Origin: Podospora anserina
Lineage: Eukaryota
Length of the DNA: 64,000 nucleotides
Reading direction: 5' to 3'
NCBI GenBank assembly: GCA_017654855.1
Contig: CM030334.1
Location: 2,666,001 to 2,730,000, forward strand
The position numbers and the translations under genes are program-made. Every line of letters begins with the position of its first letter. The first letter of the stretch is position 1. The notes beneath the pieces were generated by a model. The model saw only the letters and a program-made list of their open reading frames with translations. It had not been told where the DNA came from and did not search any database. Positions 50,301 to 62,935 of this stretch are shown here, piece after piece.

Positions 50301-53300
50301 AGAAGCCGGTATGATCTTTGGTCCTGCTCATCACGACAAGGTGTCCATCCTTATGGTGGGTGTTCTCGGCACCCTTGCGCCAGCCGCTATCCAGCAACTC
50401 AAGGAGCAGAAGGCTCGCGACGAGGAAAAGAAGCAGAAGGAGGAGGCAGAACGCAAGAAGCGTGAAGAGGCCCTCAAGGAGTACGAGGCCCAGAAGGCTG
50501 AACAGCAAGCGGCCAAGGAGAAGAAGGAGGCCGAGGAAGAAGCAGAGCGCCAGCGCCAGGCCCAAGAACTCGCCGCTGCCGAGACTGCACGAGCAGTAGC
50601 CGAAGCTGCAGAGACGAACCGCGAGCAACAAGCCCAAGAAGAGCCCCAAGCTATGGAAGGTGTCGAGTCTAACAACGCCGCCCCCGAAGCTGCCCAGCAA
50701 CCCGCCGCGGCTCCTACCGAGCGCATCATTACGACCATTCGTAACGGTGAGACGGTGGATGTGACCGACCTGGGAATCGACCCCGACTATCTCGCTGCGC
50801 TTCCCGAAGAGTTCAGAGAGGAGGTGATTGCGCAGACATTGACCACTCGACGATCCGAGGCCCGTCAACAAGCTCCTCCCGAGGGTGAAAATAGAGAGGC
50901 ATTCCAGGAGTTCCTTGAAGCACTGCCCTCGGAGCTCCGGGACGAGATTGTTCAGCAAGAACGTCAAGAGCGCCGGCGCCGCGAGCGTGATGAGGCACGT
51001 CGCCAGAACAACAATGATCCTGCCCGACGACTTGCAGAGGCTGCCGAAATGGACGCCGCGAGTATCCTGCTGACGTTCCCTCCAGCCTTGCGCGAGCAAG
51101 TCTTGTTGGAACAGGGTGAGGACATAATGGATCAGCTGCCACCCGACTTGGCAGCCCAAGCACGCGCTTTGGCTCAGCAAAGCAGCCAGCAATATCGTGG
51201 TCCACCGCCTAATGCTCGCGCCGTGGCCGGAAGACAGGTCCTCGCCGAGCCAGCTGCTGTCAACGACGGTAAGCCCCAGCGCCGCACCATTGTGCAGATG
51301 CTTGACAAGGCCGGCGTTGCCACGCTTCTCCGACTCATGTTCATTACCCAGCATGGGTCCATCCGCAACTACTTGTTCGACGTATTCTCGTGTGTCTGCG
51401 AGAACCGACAAAACCGTCTGGAGGTTATCTCGACTCTGCTTCAGATTCTTCAGGATGGCAGCACGGATATGGATGCGGTTGAGCGCAGCTTTGGTCAGCT
51501 CTCCCTTCGGGCAAAGCAGGCCAAGGAGAAGGATGCCACCAAGACGCCCCAGAGTCTGAAGCGTACCTTCACCAACATCAGCACCCATAATCACCATCTC
51601 ACCAACAACTCGGAAGTCTCGCCCCTTTTGATCGTACAGCAGTGTCTCGATCTTCTTCAGGATCTTGCTACAAAGAACGCTCACATCCCGTCTCTCTTCC
51701 TCACAGAACACGAGACCGTGGCGTCCACACTCAAGCGAAGCCTCAGTCGCAAGGGTAAGGGCAAGGATGTCAACCTAAAGGCTCAGAAGTACGCGATCAA
51801 CTGTCTCCTGGCTCTTCTTGATCGCAGCTTGGTTATGGAGAGCAGCGCTGTCATGCAGCTCCTCGCCGACTTGTTGAACAAGGTCACATACCCGCTTCAA
51901 GCACTCGAGCGGCGACGCAAAGAGGCTGAAGCGGAAGCCAAAAAGAAGGAAGAGGAGGCCAAGAAAAAAGAGGAGGAGAAGGCCAAGGGCGAGACTGCTG
52001 AGCCTGCTGTCGAACATGCCAACACGGAGGCTGTCAATATGGCCAATGTTCAAGCTCCTCCTGCTGCGGCTGCGGCTCCATCTGGCGATCAGCTCACCCA
52101 GGAAGACGCCCAGAAGGATGCCCAGGATAAGGAGACCAAGGAGACAAAGGAGACCAAGCCAGAGGAGAAGAAGGTGCGCCAGCTGACGCCCCCATATATC
52201 CCAGACCACAACTTGAAGCTGGTTGTCAATATCTTTGTGGCCCGCGAATGCAGCTCGAAGACATTCCAAAACACCATCTCAACCATCAAGAACCTTTCCA
52301 ACATTCCCGGTGCCAAGAAGGTCTTTGGCGAGGAACTCGTGCGCCAGGCTAGAGTTCTTAGCGAGAACATCGTGTCAGACCTCAACGACCTCCTCCCATA
52401 CATTCTCAAGGCTGAGTCCGGCACTGAGATTCAGGGCGTCGCCCTGGCCAAGTTCTCTCCTGGTGCTTCGGAGCAGAACAAGCTGTTGCGTGTTCTTACT
52501 GCCCTGGACCATTTGTTTGACAGCAAGGGTAAGGGCAAGAAGGAAGAGGGCGCATCCGAGGCCGAGGATAGCAAGGAGGGCTCCAAGGAAGACCTCCTTG
52601 GTTCCTTGTATTGGAACCCAACCTTTGGTACTATGTGGGACAAGCTGAGCGCCTGCCTGAGCGCCATTCGACAGCGCGAGAACATGCTAAATGTGGCAAC
52701 GATTTTGCTGCCGCTGATCGAGTCCCTGATGGTTGTTTGCAAGAACACCACTCTTGGTGACGCACCTTCGGTCCAGCACAAGGAGCTGCTCTTGTCCAGC
52801 CCGCCCCCTGAGAACCGTATCGCGGGTCTTTTCTTCAGCTTTACTGAAGAGCATCGCCGGATCTTGAACGAACTTGTCCGACACAACCCCAAGCTGATGT
52901 CGGGCACCTTCTCGCTCCTGGTCAAGAACCCCAAGGTTCTCGAGTTCGACAACAAGCGCAACTACTTCAACCGTAGCGTGCACTCCAAGACCGGCACCCA
53001 GCAGACTCGGCCTCAGTATAACCCTCTTCAGTTGTCAGTTCGCCGTGAGCACGTCTTCCACGACTCTTTCAAGTCTCTGTACTTCAAGACTGGAGACGAA
53101 ATGAAGTTTGGAAAGCTCAACATTCGCTTCCACGGCGAAGAGGGTGTTGACGCTGGCGGTGTCACTCGCGAGTGGTTCCAAGTGCTCGCCCGCCAAATGT
53201 TTGACCCCAACTACGCCCTGTTCATTCCCGTGTCTTCTGACCGCACCACATTCCACCCGAACCAGCTCAGCAGTATCAATGAGGAGCATCTGATGTTCTT

Positions 53301-54223
53301 CAAGTTTATTGGTCGGATCATTGGCAAGGCCCTTTACGAGGGCAGACTTTTGGACTGCTACTTCAGCCGCGCGGTCTACAAGCGCATTCTCGGCAAGCCC
53401 GTGTCCGTCAAGGACATGGAGTCGTTTGATCCAAACTACTACAAGTCTCTTGTCTGGATCCTGGAGAACGACATTACTGATATCATCACCGAGACCTTCT
53501 CGGTCGAGGACGATGAGTTTGGTGTGACCAAGACTGTGGACCTCATTCCAGATGGCCGCAACATCCCTGTCACTGAGGAAAACAAGAGCGAATACGTCCG
53601 CTTGATTGTGGAGCACAAGCTGCTTACGTCGGTTAAGGACCAGATGGAGCATTTCTTGAAGGGTATGTGAATCCTGCTATGTGTGTTTTGGGGTATGGCT
53701 TTGACTAACATTTGGCTTCTAGGCTTCCATGACATCATTCCCGAGGAGCTGATTGCCATCTTCAACGAGCAGGAGCTGGAACTTCTCATTTCCGGTCTCC
53801 CCGATATCGATGTGGATGACTGGAAGAGCAACACCGAGTACCACAATTACACTGCGGCCTCGCAGCAGATTCAGTGGTTCTGGCGCGCCATCCGCTCATT
53901 TGACAAGGAGGAGCGGGCCAAGCTTCTTCAGTTCGTCACCGGTACCTCCAAGGTGCCGCTCAACGGCTTCAAGGAGCTGGAAGGCATGAACGGAGTGAGC
54001 CGTTTCAACATTCACCGTGATTATGGCAACAAGGACCGTTTGCCCAGCTCTCACACGTGCTTCAACCGTAAGTTGTGCCTTATTCAGTCAAGACTTGGAT
54101 AAAATGACTGACTTTTTTTTGTCTCTAGAACTCGATCTTCCCGAGTACGAGAGCTACGACACGCTCCGCAGCCAAATTCTCAAGGCTATCACGGCTGGTA
54201 GCGATTACTTTGGCTTTGCTTGA
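41397..54223 (+). CDS. TOM1: HECT E3 ubiquitin ligase TOM1/HUWE1, ~4100-4200 aa; introns 41445-41520, 48764-48817, 49397-49453, 49661-49870, 53663-53722, 54068-54128
   Basis: N-terminal [19 protein letters not shown] region, an acidic tract, ubiquitin-binding-type repeats ([17 protein letters not shown]) and a HECT domain ([15 protein letters not shown]...[14 protein letters not shown]...YFGFA). Confidence 0.97.
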
Positions 54224-55828
54224 TCATTTTGGGGCACGAATTTTGCTATGGAGAGAGAATATGAAGAGGAGAAAAATAAAGAAAAAGCGGGAAAAGCGGG
54301 AATATTTGCTTATAAGAGAAGGATGGAGAAAAGGAAATTGGTCATCTTGTTGAGAATAGGGCAAGGAGATGGTTGCGAAAAGGGAGGCAAAGCAGAGAGT
54401 AGGGGGTTTTTGCCTGTCGGTGCAAGCGTCAAAGATATCCTGTGTATTGCTTTTTATTTAGTGTGGGGTGGCGGGTGGGCTATTAGGAAGGAGGAAGGAG
54501 TTTTGTAACTGTTTTTGTTTTATTTTGTTTTGTTTTTTTTTCATGTAAAGGCGCACTCTCAGATTGCGGTGGTATAGGCTTAAGAGGGTTGGTTGGTGGA
54601 AGATGGGGAGGTGGATGCGGCTCGTGCAGGGGTCCGTGGATGCTTTTCTGTCTGGGTAGTAGGGGAAGAAGTAGTGAATAGAGAGGTTGCCTTATGGTTA
54701 TGACTTTGTGATTTGGTGATGTGGGTGGATGATGCTTGAATACCCAAACTTCAGATTGTAGCATAAACGTGAGCTAGGTTTTTTACATGTGGTGCCTTGA
54801 GCAGAATGGAAAACACCAGCTCGGTTGGCAATATCTGTTGACTTTTTTTGGGTGTAATTACTGCATCCTTATGAGGATAATGCTAAGTTATCATGAAGAT
54901 TCCCTGCCTTGGTGTGTTCAAGTGTATGTGTGGGGTTGCGAGAAAAGGGTTAGCATACATAGGTAAAGATATAATCGTATTATCGAGCCAAGTTGACATT
55001 ATCACCCTGACCAAACCATGAAAATGCCCACCTGATAGATTATTGTGCATGCGACCCAGATACGAGCTATACCAATCGTTTACGCTGCAACCAGCAGCGG
55101 CCCGGGTTCAGCAAAGCCTCTTCCCTCGGCCTCATGCAGTGCCTCGAGTCCACTGCATAAGAAAAGCCCCCCCCCCCCCCAACGGATATCTATGTTCGAA
55201 ACACGACAGTAGTCTCGTTTTCTCGTTTTTGTTTTGTCTATTCCTTGCGTCGTCGTTGCAACGTTGCCACGCAGACCTACCTACCTACCTCAACCAACAA
55301 CTCATGATGGTCGACAAGATCATGTAAGTAGCCCGTCCATTTTTTTTCTCTTCTCACTCCGGCTACCTACCGAACATTGCCCCCCCCCCCCTTCGCTTCA
55401 TCATCACCCCGAACCTACTTCTTTAAAGCAGGCATACCCCATCTTGTCTCCTCGGTTCAAATTACCGAAGATAAATCAACAAATGCAAATCCAGACCGCT
55501 TCCCCCCAAAAGAGCCGCCGCCTCACACAAAGAATAAAGCAAGACAAATATCCCCATCTTCCGTGCGGAAGCCTACTTTTGCCCTGCCTGGATCCATGTT
55601 TGAATGACGTAGTAGGTCCCTTGTTAACAACATTTTGGTTGAAGGGTAGGAGTCTCAGCTACGTGGCAGAGAGACAATCAAAACATGGTTTATCCAAAAT
55701 AATAAGTAATCCCGGTATAGCTGAATACCTGGTAGAGAGAAAGAAAACTGTTCGTGTTGTAAGAAAATGCGGGCGGGTGCAGGTAGGGCGTGTTCGGTAA
55801 GGCAGGAAGGTATAGGTAGGTCTGCGGC

Positions 55829-55861
55829 GGTGGTGGTGGTTGTGGTTGTGGTTGTGGTGGT
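55829..55861. repeat. (GGT)n/(GTTGTG)n microsatellite
   Basis: Read directly. Confidence 0.8.
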
Positions 55862-58578
55862 CGCCACCCCCTTTCAACCCCACACATACATCTACCACGC
55901 TTGTTTACCCATTGGGGGAGGGTTGTGGTTCCCAAAAATAGAATACTGTGTTTTTCAGCCAAAGTCAACAACAACAAAACGTAGAATGGTCTTGCAACAA
56001 GGAAAAAGCGCCGCCGCATGACGACGGTGTTTCGAACAACGGTGATCACGACGCCGTGGTTGTGGTGGGTGGCATAACACCATCATCACCAGTTTCGATA
56101 TGGCCGAGGAAACAAGGACTGGATGGATCGACAGCTCGGCTCTTGAGTGTGCAAATGCCCCGATAAGGGTTAATCCCAGGCCACCCCCTACAAGTCTGGG
56201 GGAGGCGTAAATTCTTGGTGAGACACCAGGTGATTGAACGAAGAGGTAAGAAACAGTTGTTCGACAATGCAAAAAAAAAAGGAAGGGCTCGGGTGTTGTT
56301 GTGTGACCCTCGAGCCAGGATTGTTTGCCAATATCTCGTTGTTGTGACCCTTGGTTTACGGAGTAGGCAGGTGGGTGGTGTTCCTGGCTGGCAAGGCCGA
56401 AGAGGGAGAGATATCGGTGGGAGAAGTTTGTTATAAAAGACCTGGTTGATGTGGTCAGCTGTCTAAAAGTCGTGATTAGCTGGCTGATTGTGAAGTTGTC
56501 ATCTGATAGAATAGGTAAGCTAAACTAAACTGAAACAGAAGAGAGAACGGGTGCTGTCAGGATGGCCACCATATAGAGGGATGATGCTGCCAAGCGGGCG
56601 GACTCGTGATAGGGTATGGCGAGCTCGACGAAAATGCTGTCGACGGGTGCAATGCAATACGGGAATCTGAGTCGCCCTCGGCTGCAACCAAATCTCAATT
56701 TGGACAGACTCTCTCTTGTCCCAAGGACCAAGATCGGCGATTTCTGCCCCTCTGGCGGGCGCGAGATCTGTAGAAGGCTCCCAGTTACAAGGCCAAGAAA
56801 TGATCCAGAGAACATTGGACGAAGGTGCTACCACAGCATTGTATCACTAGGTCCGTGCCAGACCGGCCGAGCAATAACAAAGACTCTCCCATTTGGACGC
56901 ATGGGGGGCTCCTGGCATGTCAAGAACAGGAGTGTGAAACATGGCCTTCGTCCGTTTGGGAACAGTTGGTGTAGTCAGTGCAGTGCAGTTTTGAATGCAC
57001 CCTATTGGGGCCATCACTCAGCAATCCGCGGCGACGTGATGCAGTATATGCGATATATGCGAGGTGAGCTGACTATGACCCGCCAACTTGGTTCCATATG
57101 ATTCCGTGATTCCCACACAACTCCGGGAGAAAGAAAAGAAAAAAAGACGGTTCGATGGTCGAGACTGTCGACCCTTTGATGCAACGTGAGTGGTTGCGAG
57201 ATTCAAGGTTCGGTGCGGAGCAGAAAACGGGGACCCACCTTCTGGGAGAACAGGGATCCAAAAGTGGTCACGGCATCTGCCGGGGGTCACGACGGTCCAC
57301 CAGATCGATCTCACTCTGGTGACCCTGGGTTTGGGATTTCATGGGGGAACGCTGCTCTCACAGACTGGAATCACTTGTCATATTTGCCTCCAGTCGAATT
57401 GGGAATCTCAGTCAGCAAAGCTCAGTTCGAGAGAGCTCCGTGATGTCCGGTGAGTGCTGGAGCCTACGAGGTGGGCTTGCGGCAACACACGACGTCTATC
57501 GTGTCAGATAGGGTAGTGTCCATTGGGGTGGTCTTCAGCTCGTTACCTAGCCACTCTCATCTTGATATTTTCCCACCAAGACCCATCGATAGGACGGAGT
57601 GGACGGAACTGTACCGTCAATATAGGACATGGCTGATACACAGGTGTTGCTTCTTGGTGCCCGCTCAGGCCGGTGCCCGTTTGCGCACGCCCTGCAGTAG
57701 TGCTGCACCTATAGTGCTATCTCCGGCCCCCAGCGTGGCACGGCCGACTGCCAACTGCTTCTCTTATCCTTCAAGAGATCATCGCATCTCGACCTTCTAG
57801 AGGTTCTAGAGCTTCTCTGCCCTCCGCACGCCGTCTATCCGTAGTCTCACTTCCTCGGTGTGGCAAAGTGAGACGAAAAACTGGGACCTGAGCTGAAGAT
57901 CCGCCAAAGAGACGAGAGGCTGTCGACATCGAGCCTCCCCCTTTCCCTCGGGATGTGCCTCATCGTGGTTGGCTCCTCCGCCGTCAGCTTTTCTCCTGCG
58001 CGACATGTGCGAACAGGGCGGCCGGGCCCTAATCTGCATTTTTCTTGAATGTGGCGTCACGGAATGGAAGGCCATGTATTTGTCCAGTTCTTGATGAGCG
58101 GCCGAGAGTCGGTAAGCCACCGAAGTGGCAGCTCTTCATAGGTGTCCAGGGCCGCATCCGCTGGCAATTCCCTTCAGCCGATGGCTTGTGTTGTCTAGTA
58201 GAGGTGCCCCTTTTCCCCTCTCCCCGTTGCCCCTATCTTTGCTGTAGCCAAGCAGATGTCGACATCAAAAGTCACCTTCTGGAAACAAACTGGCACTCGG
58301 TGGGAAAAGATGGTAGGATAGAAAGACAGCGCCCGGACCATCCCTTACGAAATTGGGGCTGCCAAGACAGGCACACATACCCGCCATGGCGCGCCGCTTC
58401 CCCTGTAACCCCTCACCCCCTCACCCAACCCCAGCTGTGCAATGCACAGCACCAGCACTAAAACGGCATGTAGGTTCTTGCTGTAGCGGTGCCCGGGCCT
58501 GTGTCAAGCCTTTCCGGCACGGATACAACCCGTCCCATCCAATCCAATTCAATTCAATCCATCCCATCCATTCCTCTG

Positions 58579-58640
58579 GCTTCTGCTTCTGCTTCTGCTT
58601 CGGCTTCTGCTTCTGCTTCCGCTTCTGCGTCTGCTTCTAC
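58579..58640. repeat. (GCTTCT)~10 degenerate hexanucleotide repeat upstream of the SFL1-like gene
   Basis: gcttctgcttctgcttctgcttcggcttct..., read directly. Confidence 0.9.
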
Positions 58641-59654
58641 TTCCATCTTCCTTCCATCTCTCCTCCACCTCACCTCGGTCCTAAGTCCCGACCCTAATCA
58701 ACATCACTCGAGAATCACGCAAGCCTCCAGACAGTATAGGTTTTGTTTGCATTGGTGGTCCCCCGGATCGTCTCCAGTGCCTGAGTCTCTACCAATCAGC
58801 CGACATCGACAAGACCACGGTCCCATCGCTTGAGCTCCGAGTCTTTGCGCCACCACGAACAAGACAAAAAAGACGTCTCTCTCCTCCTGCTCACCCCCCC
58901 CTCTCTCTCCCACTCTTAGCCCGACGTGAACCTGCCGTCTTTTTTTTTCTCGACAGGTAGATTGGTTTTTTGGTTGTTTTTTTTTTGCTTGGTTTTTTAT
59001 ACTCGGCCGCCACCCTCCCACAACGGCTGCCTTACCAAACTGTCCGTCTACGCTGTCCTACCTACCACCGCTCCGGTCCCCGCTAGCCACTGAGCTACGA
59101 GCTACGACACACGTCTGACGATCCAAATCCATTGCCGAAGAACGTTGACCTCTCCGCTTCTTCTTTTTTCTCGCGGAGCAGCCCGTCAAGTGTGTTTCGG
59201 CGGCGCGTGCTCTCCAGGAGCTGGTGTTGGAAAGCGGGTCCAAGCAAGCTATCTAGGAGCTACGGCAGTGCGGCAAGGAACAGGGAATCCTCCCCAAATT
59301 CGTCGGCAAAGCTATTATCGACAGATCGCCCAGCGCGCGATTTGCCCACTCGACAACCCATTGACATCTCCCAGGAAGCTATGAGGTAGGCCCGAAGCCC
59401 TCTCCCCGACCCAATTGCACGCCCGCCGGACGCTGTTGATGCTGCGAGCTGCACATTGCACATTTGCACGTCCAAGACGACGGAAAGACCCGCACCGGCA
59501 TATCGAGCACATGCGCCGGTCCCTGTTTCGGGCGGGTCCTTTTTCTGGAGTCCTCTCCCAGGGTTTTCCATTTGTCGCGCCGAGTTCGCGATGTTGCCCG
59601 ATGTCGCTTGCGCCCTCAAGTTGCTGACGCCTATTTATATGAGATATAGGGCAG

Positions 59655-61680
59655 ATGGCCGCGGCTATTGATCGAGCGCCGAGGAATCATTTGGACGAAG
59701 GGTCTGAGGACTCGATGGGCGCGAGGACGATACCAATCATTGCGCCTACCATCCAGATGTCTGCACCCTCTCCGGGCGAGCCCATGGACATCACCACCCC
59801 TACGAACTCCTCCGCACCCCAATCTGCCACCAAGAGCCCCGATAGCGACGTGAATGCCAGCGGCGGCAACGCCAGTAACGAGTCGAACGAGCGTCTACAG
59901 CCCATCCAGGCCCAGATCAACAGCAATCACCACAACCATCAAGCTTCCTCCGAGAACAACATCACCATGCCGGCCCCCGTAGCCGCAGCCCCGGCTGTCC
60001 ACCAGCCCAAGATTGTTCAGACAGCCTTCATTCACAAGCTTTACAAGTATGGTGCCTCGCCAATCCACTCGTACGGCCATGGACGGATACTAAATCATGT
60101 GATAGCATGCTGGAAGACAAGACGATCCAGCACCTCATTTCTTGGACCCAGAGTTCCGAGAGCTTCGTGATGCAGCCCTCACATGAGTTTTCCAAAGTGC
60201 TAGCGTATGTTGACTTGAACAGCCGCCAATTGCATTTTCTGACGAGTGTACAGGCAATATTTCAAGCACACCAATATCTCTTCATTTGTGCGGCAGCTCA
60301 ACATGTACGGCTTCCATAAGGGTAAGCATTCGGCTGTTCTATTTTTATCCAGTGAGATAGAGTGTTGATAATGGCATAGTGAGTGACGTGTTTGCTCATG
60401 GGACTCCCGACTCGACCATGTGGGAGTTTAAACATGGGAACGGCAACTTCAAGCGGGGAGACCTGGTTGGTCTGCGGGAAATCAAGCGCCGGGCCTCGCG
60501 ACATGCGCTGGTTCACAGAGAGTACAGCAACCAGAAGCCACCGCCATCTCAGCCTGGCACTCCGGCCGAGCCAATGCCTCCCATGCAAGAAGGCGGCGAC
60601 CCCAGGGTGAACAGCATCGAGCACACTCTCTACGACCTCAGTGCTCGTCTTCAGCGCCAAGAAGAAAACTCGCAGTTCATGCAGATCAAGAACCAGGCCA
60701 TCATGGACACGGTAAGCCGGCTGCTGCAGTTTAATCAAGAGCTGTCACGCGCCGTGATGGCCCTTTCGCCGAGCCCTGATAACCCGATACACCGGGACGG
60801 TAAGTGCTGGCTGCATCTCGGAGCTTTTTTTGGTACCAGGATAGCCTAATATTTTCCGTTTTTAGTATCATCACTGCAGATCGAGGTGCAGCGGCAAATG
60901 GAGATATTCCGCAGCCTCGAGGAACCCCACGAGCCGTTGTTCGCCAGCACCCGTCCCTACTTTGCCAACATCGAAAACGCGCCCGTCTCGCCTCGCCAGT
61001 TGCCCCAGGACGATCCCCGCAGGTCTAATCTCGCAGTCCCCCAGCCCCGAGGGCCAAATTATTACCATGACCACCGCCCCGCGGTGCCTTCTGGGTTGTC
61101 GGTGAGCACCCGGAGACCATATGGTTCGATAGGAGGAAATTCCACAGGCCAATCTTCGCCGTCTTCCAATCGGGCCCCTGCTCCGCCGCCACCGCCCGGG
61201 CCACACCACCTGTCAAATCCCGATCTGCATCCCGGTGCTCTGGGTCGAAGGCACACCTCGGCTGATATCCGTGCTCATGGTTGGCAACCCCAACCACCTC
61301 CCCCGTTTTCCGGACCACCTTCGTCCCAATGGCCATCGTCACCCAGCCGGCTCCCACCACCCCCCGAGAGCCAGCATCTCAGGGATACCTTTTCTCACTA
61401 TTCTCTGCAACCCTCGTCCCAACCTCATTCCCGTCCAGCCACTCCCCCAGCGCCCCCATTTTCCAATGGAAACCCACCTGCCGCCGACACGTTTAACAAC
61501 TGGTCCTGGAACTCTGCCAATCGGGAGAATAAGAACCTGTCGGTGAGGGATCACTCGGCGCCGCCGACGAGACGGGGAAGCATGGCTCATATTTTGAACC
61601 CGACTGACACGGCTGAGAGGGAGGATGAGGATATGGACCCCCGGGGTGATGACGACCGAAAAAGGAAGAGGCTGCAATGA
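59655..61680 (+). CDS. SFL1: HSF-type DNA-binding transcription factor, SFL1-like (~597 aa); exons 59655-60046, 60106-60204, 60254-60321, 60380-60799, 60866-61680
   Basis: Spliced DNA-binding domain QTAFIHKLYN|MLEDKTIQHLISW...[29 protein letters not shown]...WEFKHGNGNFKRGD, PKA-type sites RRHTS and RRGS, and MAHILNP. The SFL1 name rests on family resemblance. Confidence 0.85.
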
Positions 61681-62046
61681 TTTTTTTCCTCCAACGTCTG
61701 GTATTATTTTCGAACAAAAATCTGCTTTACATCTTTGATTGCATACAACAAAAACATTACTTAATTTCTGTTTTTTCTTCTGAATTATTTCTCGGGTAAC
61801 AAAAAAGCATTTATTACTTTGAAGATACCTATTTTTTGGGGAGGGGGAGGGGGGGGGAGTAATGGGATTGGTGGTGGTTTGGATTTTTTTCTTCATCTTC
61901 TTTCCCTGGAAAATGTTGTTGTTTTATTTCTCAGGAAAGGTGGGGAGGCGGCCAAATTTGTTTGTTTGTTTGTTTGTTTGGGTGGTGGTGGTGGTGGTTT
62001 GTTGGGGATATCTTGTTGTTGGATGTTATGTACGAGTTTTTTAACT

Positions 62047-62185
62047 TATAGATCCGCGATACCCTTTGGGGCTGTTGTTCTCTTTTGGGTGTTTCCTCCA
62101 CCAGGTGTGTCTGATTGGATTAGAACACCTGGTGGAGGAATCGCCTGAAGAGAAGAGCAGCTGCAAGGGGTATCGTGGATCTATA
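62047..62185 (+). ncRNA. Long fold-back RNA hairpin (~64 bp stem), candidate milRNA precursor or structured 3'-UTR element
   Basis: Arms 62047-62115 and 62119-62185 pair over ~64 bp, including a perfect 16-bp core (TTCCTCCACCAGGTGT/ACACCTGGTGGAGGAA) and 8 G-U pairs. The inverted repeat is certain; RNA function is inferred. Confidence 0.55.
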
Positions 62186-62935
62186 TTTGTGTTGTAAGCT
62201 TTGTACGATCTGGGGGGATGGGGAGATAGTTGAGAGTTGAGAGTTGTGTTCAATTGGATTTAAGGTTTGGTTGATGGTGATTTGTGTTTTTTGATGTTTG
62301 CTTTGATAATGGTGTACCGGTTGGCCGGTTGGTGTGTTTGGGAAGATAGGGGGTGGGTTGTGTTGTGGTTGTGTTGTAGGATTGGGCGTTGTGGCGTGCT
62401 TGAGTTTGATAACATATATATATCTATATGTCACTATATCAACAACCTCGTTGTATCCAAAAGTTTGGGCTTTTCCAAGAGAAGAGCAAAGACGTGGATG
62501 ATGATGATGATGATGAGTTGGTGTTTGTCAAAGTACGAGTACACAAAGATGCCGAACATTACTACTGAAAGCCCCGAATTCAAGAGAAAGGGAGCACACT
62601 TGTTATGGTATCATCAAGATCAGATCTGTTGAATGGCAACATTCCTAGTCTAATGGGAACAAACATTAACAGACCAACGAGAAAATTGAACCCTTTGATC
62701 TGATAGTATTGCCAACCCAAGCAGACATAACCAGACAAAACCTTTTTCCCTGGTGTGTTGCCCCTTTCCAACCTATTGTAGAATTTGGTATCTTGTTGCA
62801 CGCTAAACAAACAAAAACATTCCCCATCCATCAATCTGCTCGAAAAAGTTGTTGAAAACCCAGGCATTCACAATCAATCCGTCCCGCTCGATGACATATT
62901 TCCAACCTCCCCCCCTCCCATCACAATAGCCAAGC

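Noticed and set aside
50143-51711. 522-aa antisense ORF, and similar antisense ORFs over GDE1, ZPR1, VMA2 and the GYW-repeat gene
   Set aside because: Shadow ORFs produced by biased codon usage on the sense strand; no protein-like motifs.
56616-57101. 161-aa ATG ORF in the large intergenic region
   Set aside because: Random-like composition and no recognisable domain. It cannot be fully excluded without RNA data.
57795-57815. TTCTAGAGG TTCTAGAGC TTC resembling a heat-shock element
   Set aside because: The period is 9 bp rather than the 10 bp of nGAAn arrays, and it has GAG instead of GAA.
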